This document shows, piece after piece, positions 11,324 through 22,434 of a DNA stretch of 64,000 bases; position 1 is the first letter of the stretch; each line of letters starts with the position of its first letter. The notes beneath the pieces were generated by a model. The model saw only the letters and a list, made by a program, of their open reading frames with translations, ran no database searches and had not been told where the DNA came from. A program made the translations under genes and the position numbers. Origin of the DNA: Callorhinchus milii (lineage: Eukaryota); assembly GCF_018977255.1 (NCBI RefSeq), contig NW_024704742.1, positions 102,984,001 to 103,048,000 of the forward strand, read 5' to 3'.

Positions 11324-11968
11324 ATGGGGGGCTGGACATCAAAACCTGAGGCCGCCGCGCTCCATGATGTGGACCCGCTCTGCATAGCGGAGACAGATGG
11401 TCATGAATGCCAAACTGAATCAAAATCAAGTAATGGATCTGAACAGGTGGCTGGAGAAAGCGGGGACAGTAAAGCTAATGGCAGTGATGATGAGGAGCAG
11501 AATACGGATGATGCAGACAATGAAGATACGTTCTATAAGTTTGTGATCCTGCATGCACAGAATGACACAGACGAAGCCCTCAGACTTTTAAACCTACTGG
11601 AGAGTCCAGGCTCAGCCTGGACTATCCTTCTCCTGACAGAAGACTTTTTGAGTGAAGCCTGGTGTAAATTCCAATCATACATCACACTGATGAACTCCTT
11701 GAACAAGCAGCATAAATATAACACTGTGATTCCAGTGAGAATTCTCAATAACCCGCTTCCTCACAAAATGACCCCTTTGGTCATACAAGCCATCAATGCA
11801 CTGGAGGAAGGAAACCCTGCCTTTGATAGGCAGGTGAACCTGACTTTTCAGGATTCTACATACGAGCAACAAAGAACTATATGGCACAGGGAGAGAAAAC
11901 TGAAGCAACAAGGAATATCAGCGTTCAATGGAAATAAGACAAACAAATCAAGGGCTGAGGAAGGCTAA
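11324..11968 (+). CDS. TICAM2: TICAM2/TRAM-like TIR adaptor, 214 aa, with internal in-frame deletion of the BB-loop region
   Basis: MGGWTSK fits the N-myristoylation consensus. Acidic linker, then TIR segments KFVILHA..DTDEALR..NLL, GSAWTILLLTE.FL, LMNS.N.QHKYN.VIP.R.LNNPLP and INALEE matching recalled human TRAM. Lies between TMED7 and FEM1C as in human. Confidence 0.92.
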   Translation: MGGWTSKPEAAALHDVDPLCIAETDGHECQTESKSSNGSEQVAGESGDSKANGSDDEEQNTDDADNEDTFYKFVILHAQNDTDEALRLLNLLESPGSAWTILLLTEDFLSEAWCKFQSYITLMNSLNKQHKYNTVIPVRILNNPLPHKMTPLVIQAINALEEGNPAFDRQVNLTFQDSTYEQQRTIWHRERKLKQQGISAFNGNKTNKSRAEEG

Positions 11969-12110
11969 AGTGTAGCTTTATGTAATGATGAAACTGGCAG
12001 TGTAGTATTTCTGCCCTCTTTCTTACTTTGATCTGACAGAGGTTTGTAGAAATGGGTTTGGACAAACCCCAAGCCTGAATAGTACACCAACAATAATTTG
12101 CATTTATAAA

Positions 12111-12116
12111 AATAAA
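12111..12116 (+). terminator. Candidate TICAM2 polyadenylation signal
   Basis: AATAAA ~140 nt after the TAA stop, followed by GT-rich sequence. Confidence 0.5.
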
Positions 12117-12364
12117 TAAGAGATGTGTTTGGTACCCAACCTATTTGACTGTTGTCCATGTGCATGCAGAGGGTGCTTGCAGACAGACCAGATGTGGGAT
12201 CCTTGAATGTTTTTAACTTCTTACCCAGGGCAAATTTAATCTCTCCAGCAAAATCAGCACAGATCAGGATTTGAATTAGTGAATGCCTAGTTCATAAGCT
12301 GCAGAAATATCCACTACACCATCAGGCTGCCCTATCTCACGCTGTTTTCCTGGGCACTCTGAAA

Positions 12365-14035
12365 TACAACAAGAACAACAAAATTTGTATACCGCCTTTC
12401 ACGTCTTGAGGATGTCCCAAGTTCACTGGGCAATCTGTTTCAGACCTGAGCTGGGAGTCGGGATCGAGCAGGGGGGAAAGGAGGTTGATCAAAGGCACGG
12501 TCAAAGAGCAGGGTCTTGAGACGGCTCTTGAAGGAGGCAAGGGAGGGGGCGAAGCGGAGGGACTTTGGGACGGAATTCCAGAGGGTGGGGACAAAATGAC
12601 TGAAGGCACATCCGTCAACGGTGGGGCAGGTGAGGCAGGGCGTGAAGCAGGCTGGCGCCCACTAAGTGAAGGGACCTGGAGTCGAGGGTGAACGCAGAGA
12701 TAGAGTTGGGTGTCATCAGCATACTTGTAGAAGTTGACCCCATGTCTGCAGATTATGTCACTAAGAGGGAGCATATAGATATTGAAGAGGAGGCGACCAA
12801 GGACAGAGCCCTGAGGAATGCTGCATGAGATGGTATGGGGAATAGCAGAGAAACAGTTTGTGGAGATGGTGTGAGAGGTATGATCTTAACCATTCCAGAA
12901 TGGAACCATGAAGGTTGAGGTGAGAGGAGAGATGGTGGATGCGTGGTCAATGGTATCGAAGGCAGCAGAGTGGTCAAGGTGGATGAGGAGGCAGAGGGAG
13001 CCCTGGTCGCAGATGGACAAAATATCATTTGTCACTATGACCACTTTGTGGGCGACACGGAAACCCGATTGGAGGGGTTTGTGAGGGGAATGGCAAGAGA
13101 GGAATGAGGGAAGCTTGGAAGCAACGACTCATTCCAGGACCTTGGCAAGGAAAGGGAGGTTGGAGATGGGGCGATAATTTGAGAGCAGGAATGGGTCTGG
13201 GGAGAGTTGTTTAAGGATACAAGTGTTGATGGACATTTTTAATGGGGTGGGAATGGTGCCAGTGGACAGGGAGAGGTTTATGATGTCTGAGTAGAGGGCA
13301 AAGGAGGTGGAGTTGGGAGGTAAGGATGGGGTTGTGGGAGCAGGTGGTCAGTTTCATATGGTTTATAGTGGTGGTGAAAGAGGAGGGGGAAACAGGTTCG
13401 AAGGTGTGAAGGGAGGGATGGGTGGGGCTGGGGTATTAGGAGGAGATGGGGAGGGGGTAGTAGTTGGAAGGGCAGAGGCAGCTGAGCGGATGCCCTCAAT
13501 TTTGATTTCAAGGATGTCCAGCATCTTCTTGCAGTTGGCATTGGAGGAGGAGATGGGAAAGGGTTGAGATGGTGGGCGGAGGAGCCAATTGGTAATGGAG
13601 AAGATGAGCCTGGGGTTGTCCTTAGCTTCCGAGATTATCTTGGAGTAGAATGAGAATTTAGTGGAGGCGAGGGTGGAGTCGTAAATTTTGATCAGGTTCA
13701 GTGATGGACTGTTAAATTAGATTTGGGCCAGGTGCATTCAACGGCACACACCTGTGCCTTGAGGGAGCGAAGATGGCTGATGTACCAGGGTGACTTCCAT
13801 GAGTAGGAGGAGGTTTGGGAAGTGAGGGGAGCAAGGGCATCGAGTGTTGTGGAGAAGAGTGACCGAGGAGAATAGGTCATTGTGGGAGGAAGCCCAGAGG
13901 GGGAGGAGTTCAGATGACTCCATGGCAGCAGAGAGGGAGTCATGGGGGAGATTTTTCCAGGGTTGATATGAGATGGAGGTGGATTGGGTGGCAGTGGGGA
14001 GAGGGATTGAGGAGTTAAGGGGATGAAGTAATGGG
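12365..14035 (-). mobile_element. Internally deleted LINE-2 (RT region + 3' tail)
   Basis: Minus-strand [26 protein letters not shown] (RT YADD motif); tail caacaagaacaacaaaatttgtat at ~12365. Confidence 0.9.
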
Positions 14036-14564
14036 TTATAATCCTTTATAACTGTTCCATGGCCAGAAAATACACTGCAAGTAATTCAATACAAAGCTTG
14101 AGTAGCTTCTGAATATGTGTGGAATGGCGAGGTTAAGCAGTGACTAAAAAGGTAAGCAGAAGTTCACAGATAGCCAGTTGCTGAAGCACCTTTAACACCA
14201 ATCCAAACAGATCACCAGTTGCTAAGTGCAACTCTGGACCACATAAAGTTACAGGTTTGAATTTAGCTGAGCTCAAGCAGGACTACAGTTGGCCTCAGTG
14301 GTCTCTGGTTTAGGAAGTAGAACATTAGATAGAGTTCATGATACCTATACAAAGAACATTGCCTGAACATGTGAACCTCAGATAAATATAGGATTGTGTC
14401 TGGACTGGCCTGTTATACAACAACAATTTTTTTTGTACAGTGCCTTTCACGTCAAGAGGATGTCCCAAAGTGCTCAATATACAGTGTTGAGGCTCATATG
14501 TGAGTGTGGCTGATTAAGTGAAGAGGTGGATATTTTCCAGCTCCTCAGGAACATCTAGAGCAAC

Positions 14565-14778
14565 ATGAAACTCTCAAGATTTTAATCTGATTGTTATTTT
14601 TTGTTTCAGGTTTTTTTTTAAATAACGGGATATGTATCAAATTGGTGCATGAATAAGTCAAATCTATTCAAGTGACCACCTCCATTCAGCAACCACGGCT
14701 TCTTTTTGACAACCACCCTTTAACAGTCCAGCCAGCCAACAGTCACACACCAACAAACCCTTACTCAGAGGACACCCT
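14565..14778 (+). repeat. Diverged direct duplicate of 10965-11235
   Basis: Shared atgaaactc..., ctgattgttattt...tttcagg, tatcaaattggtg, aagtcaaa.ct.ttcaag..accacctccatt, aacagtccagccagc and ccttactcagagg.caccct. Confidence 0.8.
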
Positions 14779-14779
14779 C

Positions 14780-15545
14780 CTCCAGCTGTGACTCCAAGTC
14801 TGCTGATGCTCTGTCGACATCAGGGTCCGGATGAGCGCAAATTATGAATTTGTATAATTAAATGTTTGGCAAAACGGAAGCCATATTCCTTGGTTCCTAT
14901 CAATTTCTTCTGTCCTGTGGCTTTGATCTCCTCAACCTCCTCGGCCTAACCCTCAAATTCACTGAACCAGTGCACAACTTAGGTGTGAGGTTTGACCGAC
15001 AGCTGTCCTTCCTCCCCCATATCCGGTCCCTGACCAGGACTGCCTTCCTCCACCTACTCCACATTGCCCGCCTCCGAGAGTACCTTACCCCAAACGCATC
15101 TGAAACACTCGGCCATGCGTTAGTCACCTCCCGATTTGATTTCTCAAATGCCCTCTTTGCCGAGCTCCCCAGTTCCATCGTACACAAGATCCAACTAATC
15201 CAAAACTCCGCCGCCCGTACACTCACCCACACTAAACTCCGTACCCCTATCAAACAAGTTCTAGCCAGGCTTCACTGTCTCCTTATCGCCTCACTCTTGT
15301 TTTCAAATCCCTTCATACCCTGTCACCTTTCTACCTCTCTGACCTGCTTATCCCCAACCGCTGCCTCTGCTCGACTGGGTCCAGCCTTCTGCATGTTCCT
15401 CGTGCCCTCCGTTCCACCATCGGTGGTCACACCACTACAGCCTGAAACTCTGGAACACTCTTCCTCTATCCCATTTCCTCGACCCCTTCTTCTCCATCCT
15501 CAAGTCACATGAGGAGCGCTATATAAATGCAAGTTGTTGTTGTTA
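14780..15545 (+). mobile_element. LINE-2 3' portion
   Basis: ORF 14862-15512 KTEAIFLG...NLGVRFDRQLSF...SRFDFSNALF...IQNSAARTLT; tail tataaatgcaagttgttgttgtt. Confidence 0.9.
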
Positions 15546-16552
15546 GCATCTCTCAGTGACCATCACCAGAGATTTTGTTTGGCCACAGTCTCCCCTTCCC
15601 CCGCCCCAGCCCTCTCTCTCTTCGTCTCTCCCTACCCGCCGTGATACAGATTACGAAAAGTCACAACACCGCCACCAGTAAGATGGTTGAGTATCACTGA
15701 TCTAGAGCAAAAGTAAGTGCCTTTTGGATTGCAGAGTAGGAAGACGTTATGGGGAAAAGGGGGCTTAAAATGTATAATTTACCTATTATGAAAAAATCTT
15801 ATATTTAACATAGCCATAGTTTTTCTTTCCTTTGACACTCCAATGATGTATTGTAAAGGGAAGAGCTCAAATGTGACTTAAAGCAGCTCCTTTGGGTTAG
15901 AGGGGTGGGTGCTTGAGACTGGCCTGCTTGGGAATCCATCTAAAAACACCAGCCCTCAGAAAGCACACAAGAGGTAACTGCACAACAATAGCTCACCAGT
16001 GGAGATCGTCACAGCAGAGCACAGCATTAGCAGAGACAGTAGCCGGCTGCAGGGCTGGTGCCTGGTATATAGAAGGACCCTTGCAAGGCAGGGTAGAAAT
16101 AGCATAAAAGGGAAGCAACTCATTCTCAATCTCGACAGAAGGCAAAATGGTTGATGTTCAATATAATAGTTCAATGTTTATCAATCTTATGGAATTTCCC
16201 TCATTCTCAACAGTTAGTCTTTTTTTATATACTGATGTATAGCATTTGAGATCTGTGATATTGCTGCTTCTATTACCACAAGGCTTCCGAGCATAGATTA
16301 AACACATAAATCATCATTTTTTAGAAGGTCTTGATTTGCATCTGCGTCTGAGCTTGTATCTGTGAAAGGAGCAGTCAGATCAATCAAACCAGGGAGCACA
16401 GTGCATTTCAAACACAAAAACATATAATTTACCAGAAAACAGGGTAGTTCTGAGAGAGAAGGTCTTGAACAGATTATTGTAGAGATAGGAGAGAGAGAGA
16501 GCTTTTTAATGGATTTTGTTGAAGAAAATTGAACAAATTATAATTCATTTAG

Positions 16553-16571
16553 TGACCACCAGAGGGCAGGA
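16553..16571 (+). promoter_or_regulatory. CTCF motif candidate
   Basis: TGACCACCAGAGGGCAGG fits the core consensus CCASYAGRKGGCRS. Confidence 0.5.
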
Positions 16572-16996
16572 GCAAAGTAAATGTTTGCAAAAAGCAAACA
16601 TAATCAAATATGTCAGCAGTCCAATAATCTTCACTGTTTTGTTATTAAATTAATAAGTTTATGGAGTTTGCATCTTATTTGACTTCATGATTTGGTTTTG
16701 TATTTCTAATTTAATATATCTTGCACAAGACCTCAAACTCCAGCATCTTGGGACGTCCTCCCAACATGATAGGCACTATATAAATGTAATTTTGTATTGT
16801 ATTTTGTAAAGGGAATTTATGGCTGATGAAGAAATTAATTCTATTCCTTAATATGACAGAATTGTACAACGTTACAACACAGAAATAAACTATTCAGTCC
16901 ATCAAGTCTGTGCAGAAGACATCAGACATCAACACAGAGTTTTTAAATCCAGACAGGGCTCTAAATAATATTGGAATGTTTCATATTGGTAAGATA

Positions 16997-17473
16997 TGTA
17001 GTTCTTAGGTTTCAGTGGTTTATCCAGTTACCGAGTATAATTGGTCCCGAGGCAGGGACCTCTTCCCAAACAAGGAACAAACAAGTTTTGTGGCCTTCAA
17101 GACCATCTGGTTCGGGCTGACAGATACCTTTTCTTGTGTTTATTCCTCATTTAACAAAAGACAATAATAATATTATAATAAAATATAATATTGCATTTCA
17201 TATAGCGATTTTATGTCTTCGAGACGTCTCAAAGCGCTTCACAAAATATACTGTAAAGTGAATTGACTGTATATTGACAGGCAAAACAGTTTGAATATTC
17301 TGCAAGATCACCTAATTATCACACACAGTCACCACTTCTTTGTCTTTTGTCTCAATAAACACAGACTGCCTATTGTACATTCCTTTTTGCCACGTAACTT
17401 TACCAGATACAGCAAGGACATTAGATAAAGGAGGGATAGACACTATTCATTTCTAGCAAGTAACCAGGTTACA
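16997..17473. mobile_element. Possible solo LTR interrupted by a SINE tail (~17163-17290)
   Basis: TGTA...TACA ends and LTR-like internal motifs (cagata, acaagg, aataaa). No TSD identified. Confidence 0.25.
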
Positions 17474-17566
17474 CAAGTATTACAATCGTCAGCAAAAGTC
17501 AATTAAAGATACAGCAGTACAAATCAAATGTTTAATAATTATCTCTTATAGGCAAAATACACAGTA

Positions 17567-18020
17567 TGGTGAAATTCTGTTAATTGAATACTCAATGTGA
17601 CAGTGACAATTATTCAGTAAACTGAACTATTTATGTAACTGGACTAAACATTAGAGATTCCAGTGGAACTGGAAACACTCTTCTCCACCATTCAGATCCA
17701 TCCTCACTCAAACACAGTCAAGCAATCAAGCGCCAGCGCCCTCTGTGTGGAGCGAGGGGTGGGGAGGAGGAGAGGACACTGGCGATGTTCGCACTGCGCT
17801 TTAGAAGGTTGTTGTTTAGGACTATGTGTTTATCCGGACTCAGATTAATTGATTTTTATATGAATGGCCATGGAGAAAATTATTCAATAAACTGAATTAT
17901 TTGTATATCTGGTATTTAGGTAACCAATCTATAATGTTAGATTAGATATGGAATTTCAAAATTCTATTCCATAAACTGAACTATTCGATTATCTAAGGTT
18001 CAATTAACTGAATTTCACTG
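17567..18020. mobile_element. pogo/Tigger-like MITE (~450 bp)
   Basis: TA|tggtgaaattctgttaattgaa ... ttcaattaactgaatttcactg|TA; ~22 bp TIRs, terminal differences consistent with CpG decay. Repeated internal taaactgaa(c/t)tatt. Confidence 0.7.
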
Positions 18021-18083
18021 TAATACACAGCAAAAGTCACTCAAAAAGATTGCTTCAATCTAGTGTGAAAGTGATTACAAATA

Positions 18084-18480
18084 CAGTAGAACTCACATAA
18101 ATTTTATCTTTATAAATTGTATAATCACCTAAGTCATACATTCACCCAAGTCCCATTCAGTTTCCTATTAAAACCACTTTTTCTTTGCACTAGTCGTATT
18201 TATCACCTGAGTCGTATTTGTCACCACTCGTAACGCCGCTCCCCTATCCACACTTACCAGCTGCATTTAATTGCATGAAACGTAGTCTTGATCAGTCACC
18301 TCATGTGCACTTACCAGCTGCAATGACTAACTACCACATGCACACGTACCAGGTGCATTGAATTACACATGCACAGTGTAGATTACTGATTAAATCGATT
18401 TTATACGACTTATACAAATTTGTCTGCAACCCGTGTAAATGTTACAGTCCTGACTGGTTTGATTTATGTTAGTTTTACTG
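18084..18480. mobile_element. pogo/Tigger-like MITE (~400 bp), different family
   Basis: TA|cagtagaactcacataaa ... tttatgttagttttactg|TA. Internal repeats tcacc..agtc.ta and cacttaccagctgca. Confidence 0.7.
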
Positions 18481-18614
18481 TATATGCTTCATGCTGGCAA
18501 AGCTTAGCAATAGTATATATTCCCATAATGAATCATTCTTATGTCAAGAACAACTCACCTTTAATGTTTCACCTGGAAAGGCTGCAAATGCAAATGCAAA
18601 TGCAAATGCTAATA

Positions 18615-19405
18615 ATCTTCACCTCCGGAATATCGCCAGATTACGGCACTACCTCACCCCTCACGCTGCTGAAACCCTGGTTCACGCCTTTGTCACCTCA
18701 AGGCTGGACTATGGGAACTCTCTCCTTGCCGGCCTTCCCACCACCTCCCTCCACAAGCTGCAGGTCATTCAGAACTCTGCAGCTCGTGTACTGTCCCGCA
18801 CCAGGCTTCGGGACCACATCACTCCCACCCTCGCTCGCCTCCACTGGCTCCCCATTCCCCAGAGGATTGATTTCAAGATCCTCATCCTCACCTATAAGGC
18901 CATTCATGGCCTTGCTCCCTCCTACCTCTCCAACCTACTATCCCCCTACCTACCTGCCCGTACCCTCCGTTCCTCTGGCTCCGGTCTGCTCCACGTCCCC
19001 CGCCCCAACCGCCCTACTATCGGTGGTCGGGCCTTCAGCCTCTCAGCCCCAGGCTCTGGAACTCCATCCCCCAGTGCCTTCGCCTTGCTTCCTCCCTTTC
19101 CTCCTTCAAGGCCGGTCTCAAAACCTTTCTCTTTGACCGTGCCTTCAGCTCCCCTCTCGACTCTCTTCCTCCTCCTCGCTCCCTCCCTTCCCTCCCTCAC
19201 CCTGACCATTTCCCCCCTCCTCTCTCCCTCCCTTCCCTCCCCTCACCCTGACCATTTCCCCCCTCCTCTCTCCCTCCCTTCCCTCCCCTCACCCTGACCA
19301 TTTCCCCCTGCTCGGGTCATGACCCAACTGTGCAGCGCCTTGGGACGTCCTCCTGACGTGAAAGGCGCTCTATAAATGGAATCTTGTTGTTGTTGTTGTT
19401 GTTGT
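18615..19405 (+). mobile_element. Young 5'-truncated LINE-2
   Basis: Nearly open frame HLRNIARLRHYLTPHAAETLVHAFVTSRLDYGNSLLAGLP...LHWLPIPQRIDFKILILTYKA; (ttg)n tail. Confidence 0.95.
19175..19308 (+). repeat. 46-bp pyrimidine-rich tandem repeat (~3 copies) in the L2 3' UTR
   Basis: cctgaccatttcccc recurs at 19201, 19247 and 19293. Confidence 0.85.
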
Positions 19406-19510
19406 AACAAACAATGACAAACAGCGAGGAAGCATTAACTTTTTTGTTCGTAGAGCACCAGTCTCCATCAAGAAACCTGCTTCTATCTTAAATCTACTGA
19501 GAGGAAATGA

Positions 19511-19827
19511 ATAATAATAATAATCCTTGCATTTGATATAGCGTTTTTCATGTCGGGAGGACGTCCCAAAGCGCTTCACAGAACACACTGTAAAATGAAT
19601 TGACTGTATATTTGTGGGCGAACGCGGCAGCCAATTGCGCACAGCAATGTCCCACAAACAGTCGTAGATTGAAAATGACCAATTTATTATTGTTTTTGTT
19701 TTTGGAGGTATTATTATTAGGCGTGTGGAGTAAGGAAACTTACCCAAGGTTTCGTCCTGCCTGGAATTGAACTCAGGTCTCTCGCTTGCAAAGCGAGTGC
19801 TCTAACCACTGAACTACAGGACTCCAC
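19511..19827 (-). mobile_element. Full-length tRNA-derived SINE (young subfamily)
   Basis: Near reverse complement of 62937-63249: tRNA head with A/B boxes, ccttgggtaagtttcctta, Deu-like core, L2 tail, (att)n. Confidence 0.92.
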
Positions 19828-19993
19828 GATGTAATGGTAAATTACAGGGTGCTAGCACTTTGAAAGAGAGGCTCCTTTGAGAAGGAGAAAGAAGAAACAT
19901 AAGAGCTGCACATCATTTTGTTCCAATCACATAACAAGCAAATACACCAAATAAATAGTCTCGCACTTCACAGAAAGTGTTTTCTTTTAGCAT

Positions 19994-20210
19994 ATAATAA
20001 TAATAATAATCCTTGCATTTGATATAGCGCTTTTCACGTCGGGAGGACGTCCCAAAGCGCTTCACAGAATAGACTGTAAAGTGAATTGACTGTATATTTG
20101 TGGGCGAACGCGGCAGCCAATTGCGCACAGCAATGTCCCACAAACAGTCGTAGATTGAAAATGACCAATTTAATTATTGTTTTTGTTTTTTTTGGAGGGA
20201 TTATTATTGC
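19994..20210 (-). mobile_element. 5'-truncated copy of the same SINE
   Basis: Nearly identical to 19511-19720. Confidence 0.9.
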
Positions 20211-21339
20211 TTGGATGTTGAACTACTATAATCTTCTGTCCCCTCTTTTCTTTTGTTATTGATCAAATCAAGAATTCAGATGATGGCTTAGCATTTGGTT
20301 GTGCTTTTCTCTGAACTCTGAGACACTCTCACTGTATTAGGGATAATGGATATAGGAAAAGTGATCCTGGTTGTACAATAGGTTATGACTTGGGCCAATA
20401 AAAAAGTGTGGCTGCACTTTTCCCACGGAATCCACTACAAACGAACCCTCCGCTACAAACCTGTACACACAGTTTGCTAGGCCCTGGACTTGTGCGCGCT
20501 GTTTGTCGATCCTGCTACTATGAGGGGAGCAGCTCCTGTCACACACGTGGAGCGGGGAGTGTGGGGATTGCGGTAATTGGCTTCGCCTGCTAGTGAGTGA
20601 ACCACTACAGAAATACCAGCTGTGTCACACTACTGCCATCTATTTGCCCAGCACCCAGCCTAAACTGAGCTCCTACAATGAATTCTTGGTAAGTCCTGTA
20701 CTATTCAAATTAACATTTTTAGTATTTTAAACATAACTACATTTTCAGGAAATATATGCCTATAGTTTTAATCTGGGTTGTTTCACAAAATGCATATCAC
20801 CAATCAACCTTCCTCAATCTTCCGCAAAATTTGTCAAATGCCCTGCAACTTTTGGCAAATATTTTCACAATTTTCTAATGGCCCAGGTTATAACACTTTA
20901 AGCAATAGTACTTGGCTTCAGGTTCAGCTGCCTCTCTTTGTTAGAATCCTATCAAAATAAGTTTAGCCAGCCTCAACCTAGTCATTGATTTGTGGAAGTA
21001 TGCAACATAAAACTAGCCATACTTTATCATTAAATAGCTGTAAAAAAAAAAATTCTAGAGACTACAAAGATAATTGACATGGGAATAGGCAAAACAAACA
21101 GTACTGCTAAATTTGGGTTGCAGAGGATCAAAGTTGGAGAAGGGAGTACTAACGCTGGGTTTACAATGTTCTTGTATAGAATGCACAGCAATTTGACTGA
21201 ACTATTCCCTATAGATGTTTATACTCCACATGAGTTTCCATCCACTGCTTACTCCCTCCCACACCCTTCTGTTGCCTTCTCCCTCATGTGTAAATATACC
21301 TTTGTCTTAAATGCATTTACAGTACACTACTGATTCAAC

Positions 21340-22290
21340 CACCACTTCAGGCAGTGAATGGCTCTGGGATGGAGTTTCAGAGGGTGGGGCAGAAAATCTG
21401 TATGCCCAACCGCCGATGGTGGAGTGGACAGGGTGAGGCACATGGAGCAGGCCAGTGCCCACTGAGTGGATGAGGATCTTGAACTTGATCCTCTGGAGGA
21501 TAGGGAGCCAGTGAAGCCGGATGACAATGGTGGTGATCAGCTCACGGTTTAGTGTGGGAGAACAATAATTTCTTCAAAAAAAAATAATAAATTGGTCACT
21601 CAACCCACGAATGTGTGTGGAACATTGCTGTGCACAATTGGCTGCCACGTTTCGCCCACAAAATGTGCAGTCAATTCACTTTACAGTATATTCTGTGAAG
21701 CACTTTGGGACGTCACGAAGATGTGATAACGCACTACATCAAATGTAAGAATTAATGTTATTATTATCTACCTGTGTTGCTAGTTTTAGAGTTTTATGGA
21801 TCTGAATTCTCAGATCTTTTAGGTTTACGAGATGGCAGCTATGGTTAAATAGGAAGGTCGTCAGATGTGATCCGAAGATGGTCAAGGACAGGGAAAAACT
21901 GAGACATTGAGGCATTCATAGTCTCAGAGCAATGCCTGAAAGCATAGTCGCCAATGGTTGAGTGGAGGGGACAAGGGATATGCAGAAGGTCACAGCTAGC
22001 TGAGAATCTTGAAATCAATATATTCTGCAATAGGGAGCCGATGGAGCTTAGCAAGGACTGGGGCAATGAGAATATGGAGTTCAGTATAGGTAAGGAGTTT
22101 TGAATTATTTGGGTTTTATGAATGGTGGAGCTGGAGAAACTAGCGAGGAGAGCATTGGAAAAAATTGAGGTGGGAGGTGACAAATGTGTATATACACTTC
22201 ACGTTTCACTTCACAGTAAAATCTTGTGAAGTGCTTTGAGATGTCTTGATGATGTGATAGGGTGCTGATCAAATCCAAGGATTATCATTA
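21340..22290. mobile_element. Cluster of decayed L2 (-) and SINE (+) fragments
   Basis: L2 minus at ~21340-21560 and ~21900-22185; SINE Deu/tail plus at ~21560-21770 and ~22200-22290. Confidence 0.7.
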
Positions 22291-22434
22291 CTGACTTAAA
22301 TTCATGAAGTTTTTATAACAAATATACAATAAAACTGGAATTATTCCCGTATCACAGTCCGGATAAATAAAAATAATTTTATTCCGACAAACAGTCCACC
22401 CCATCTGATTTTCTTGCTTTAAAAGCGCTATAGG

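Noticed and set aside
18420..19297. 238-aa and 268-aa ORFs
   Set aside because: 5'-truncated L2 ORF2 C-terminus fused to flanking sequence; no RT or EN domain and not a host gene.
21079..21333. ORF starting MGIGKT, resembling the human TICAM2 N-terminus (MGIGKS)
   Set aside because: Similarity ends after five residues, no TIR sequence follows, and it lies downstream of the real TICAM2 ORF; most likely chance.
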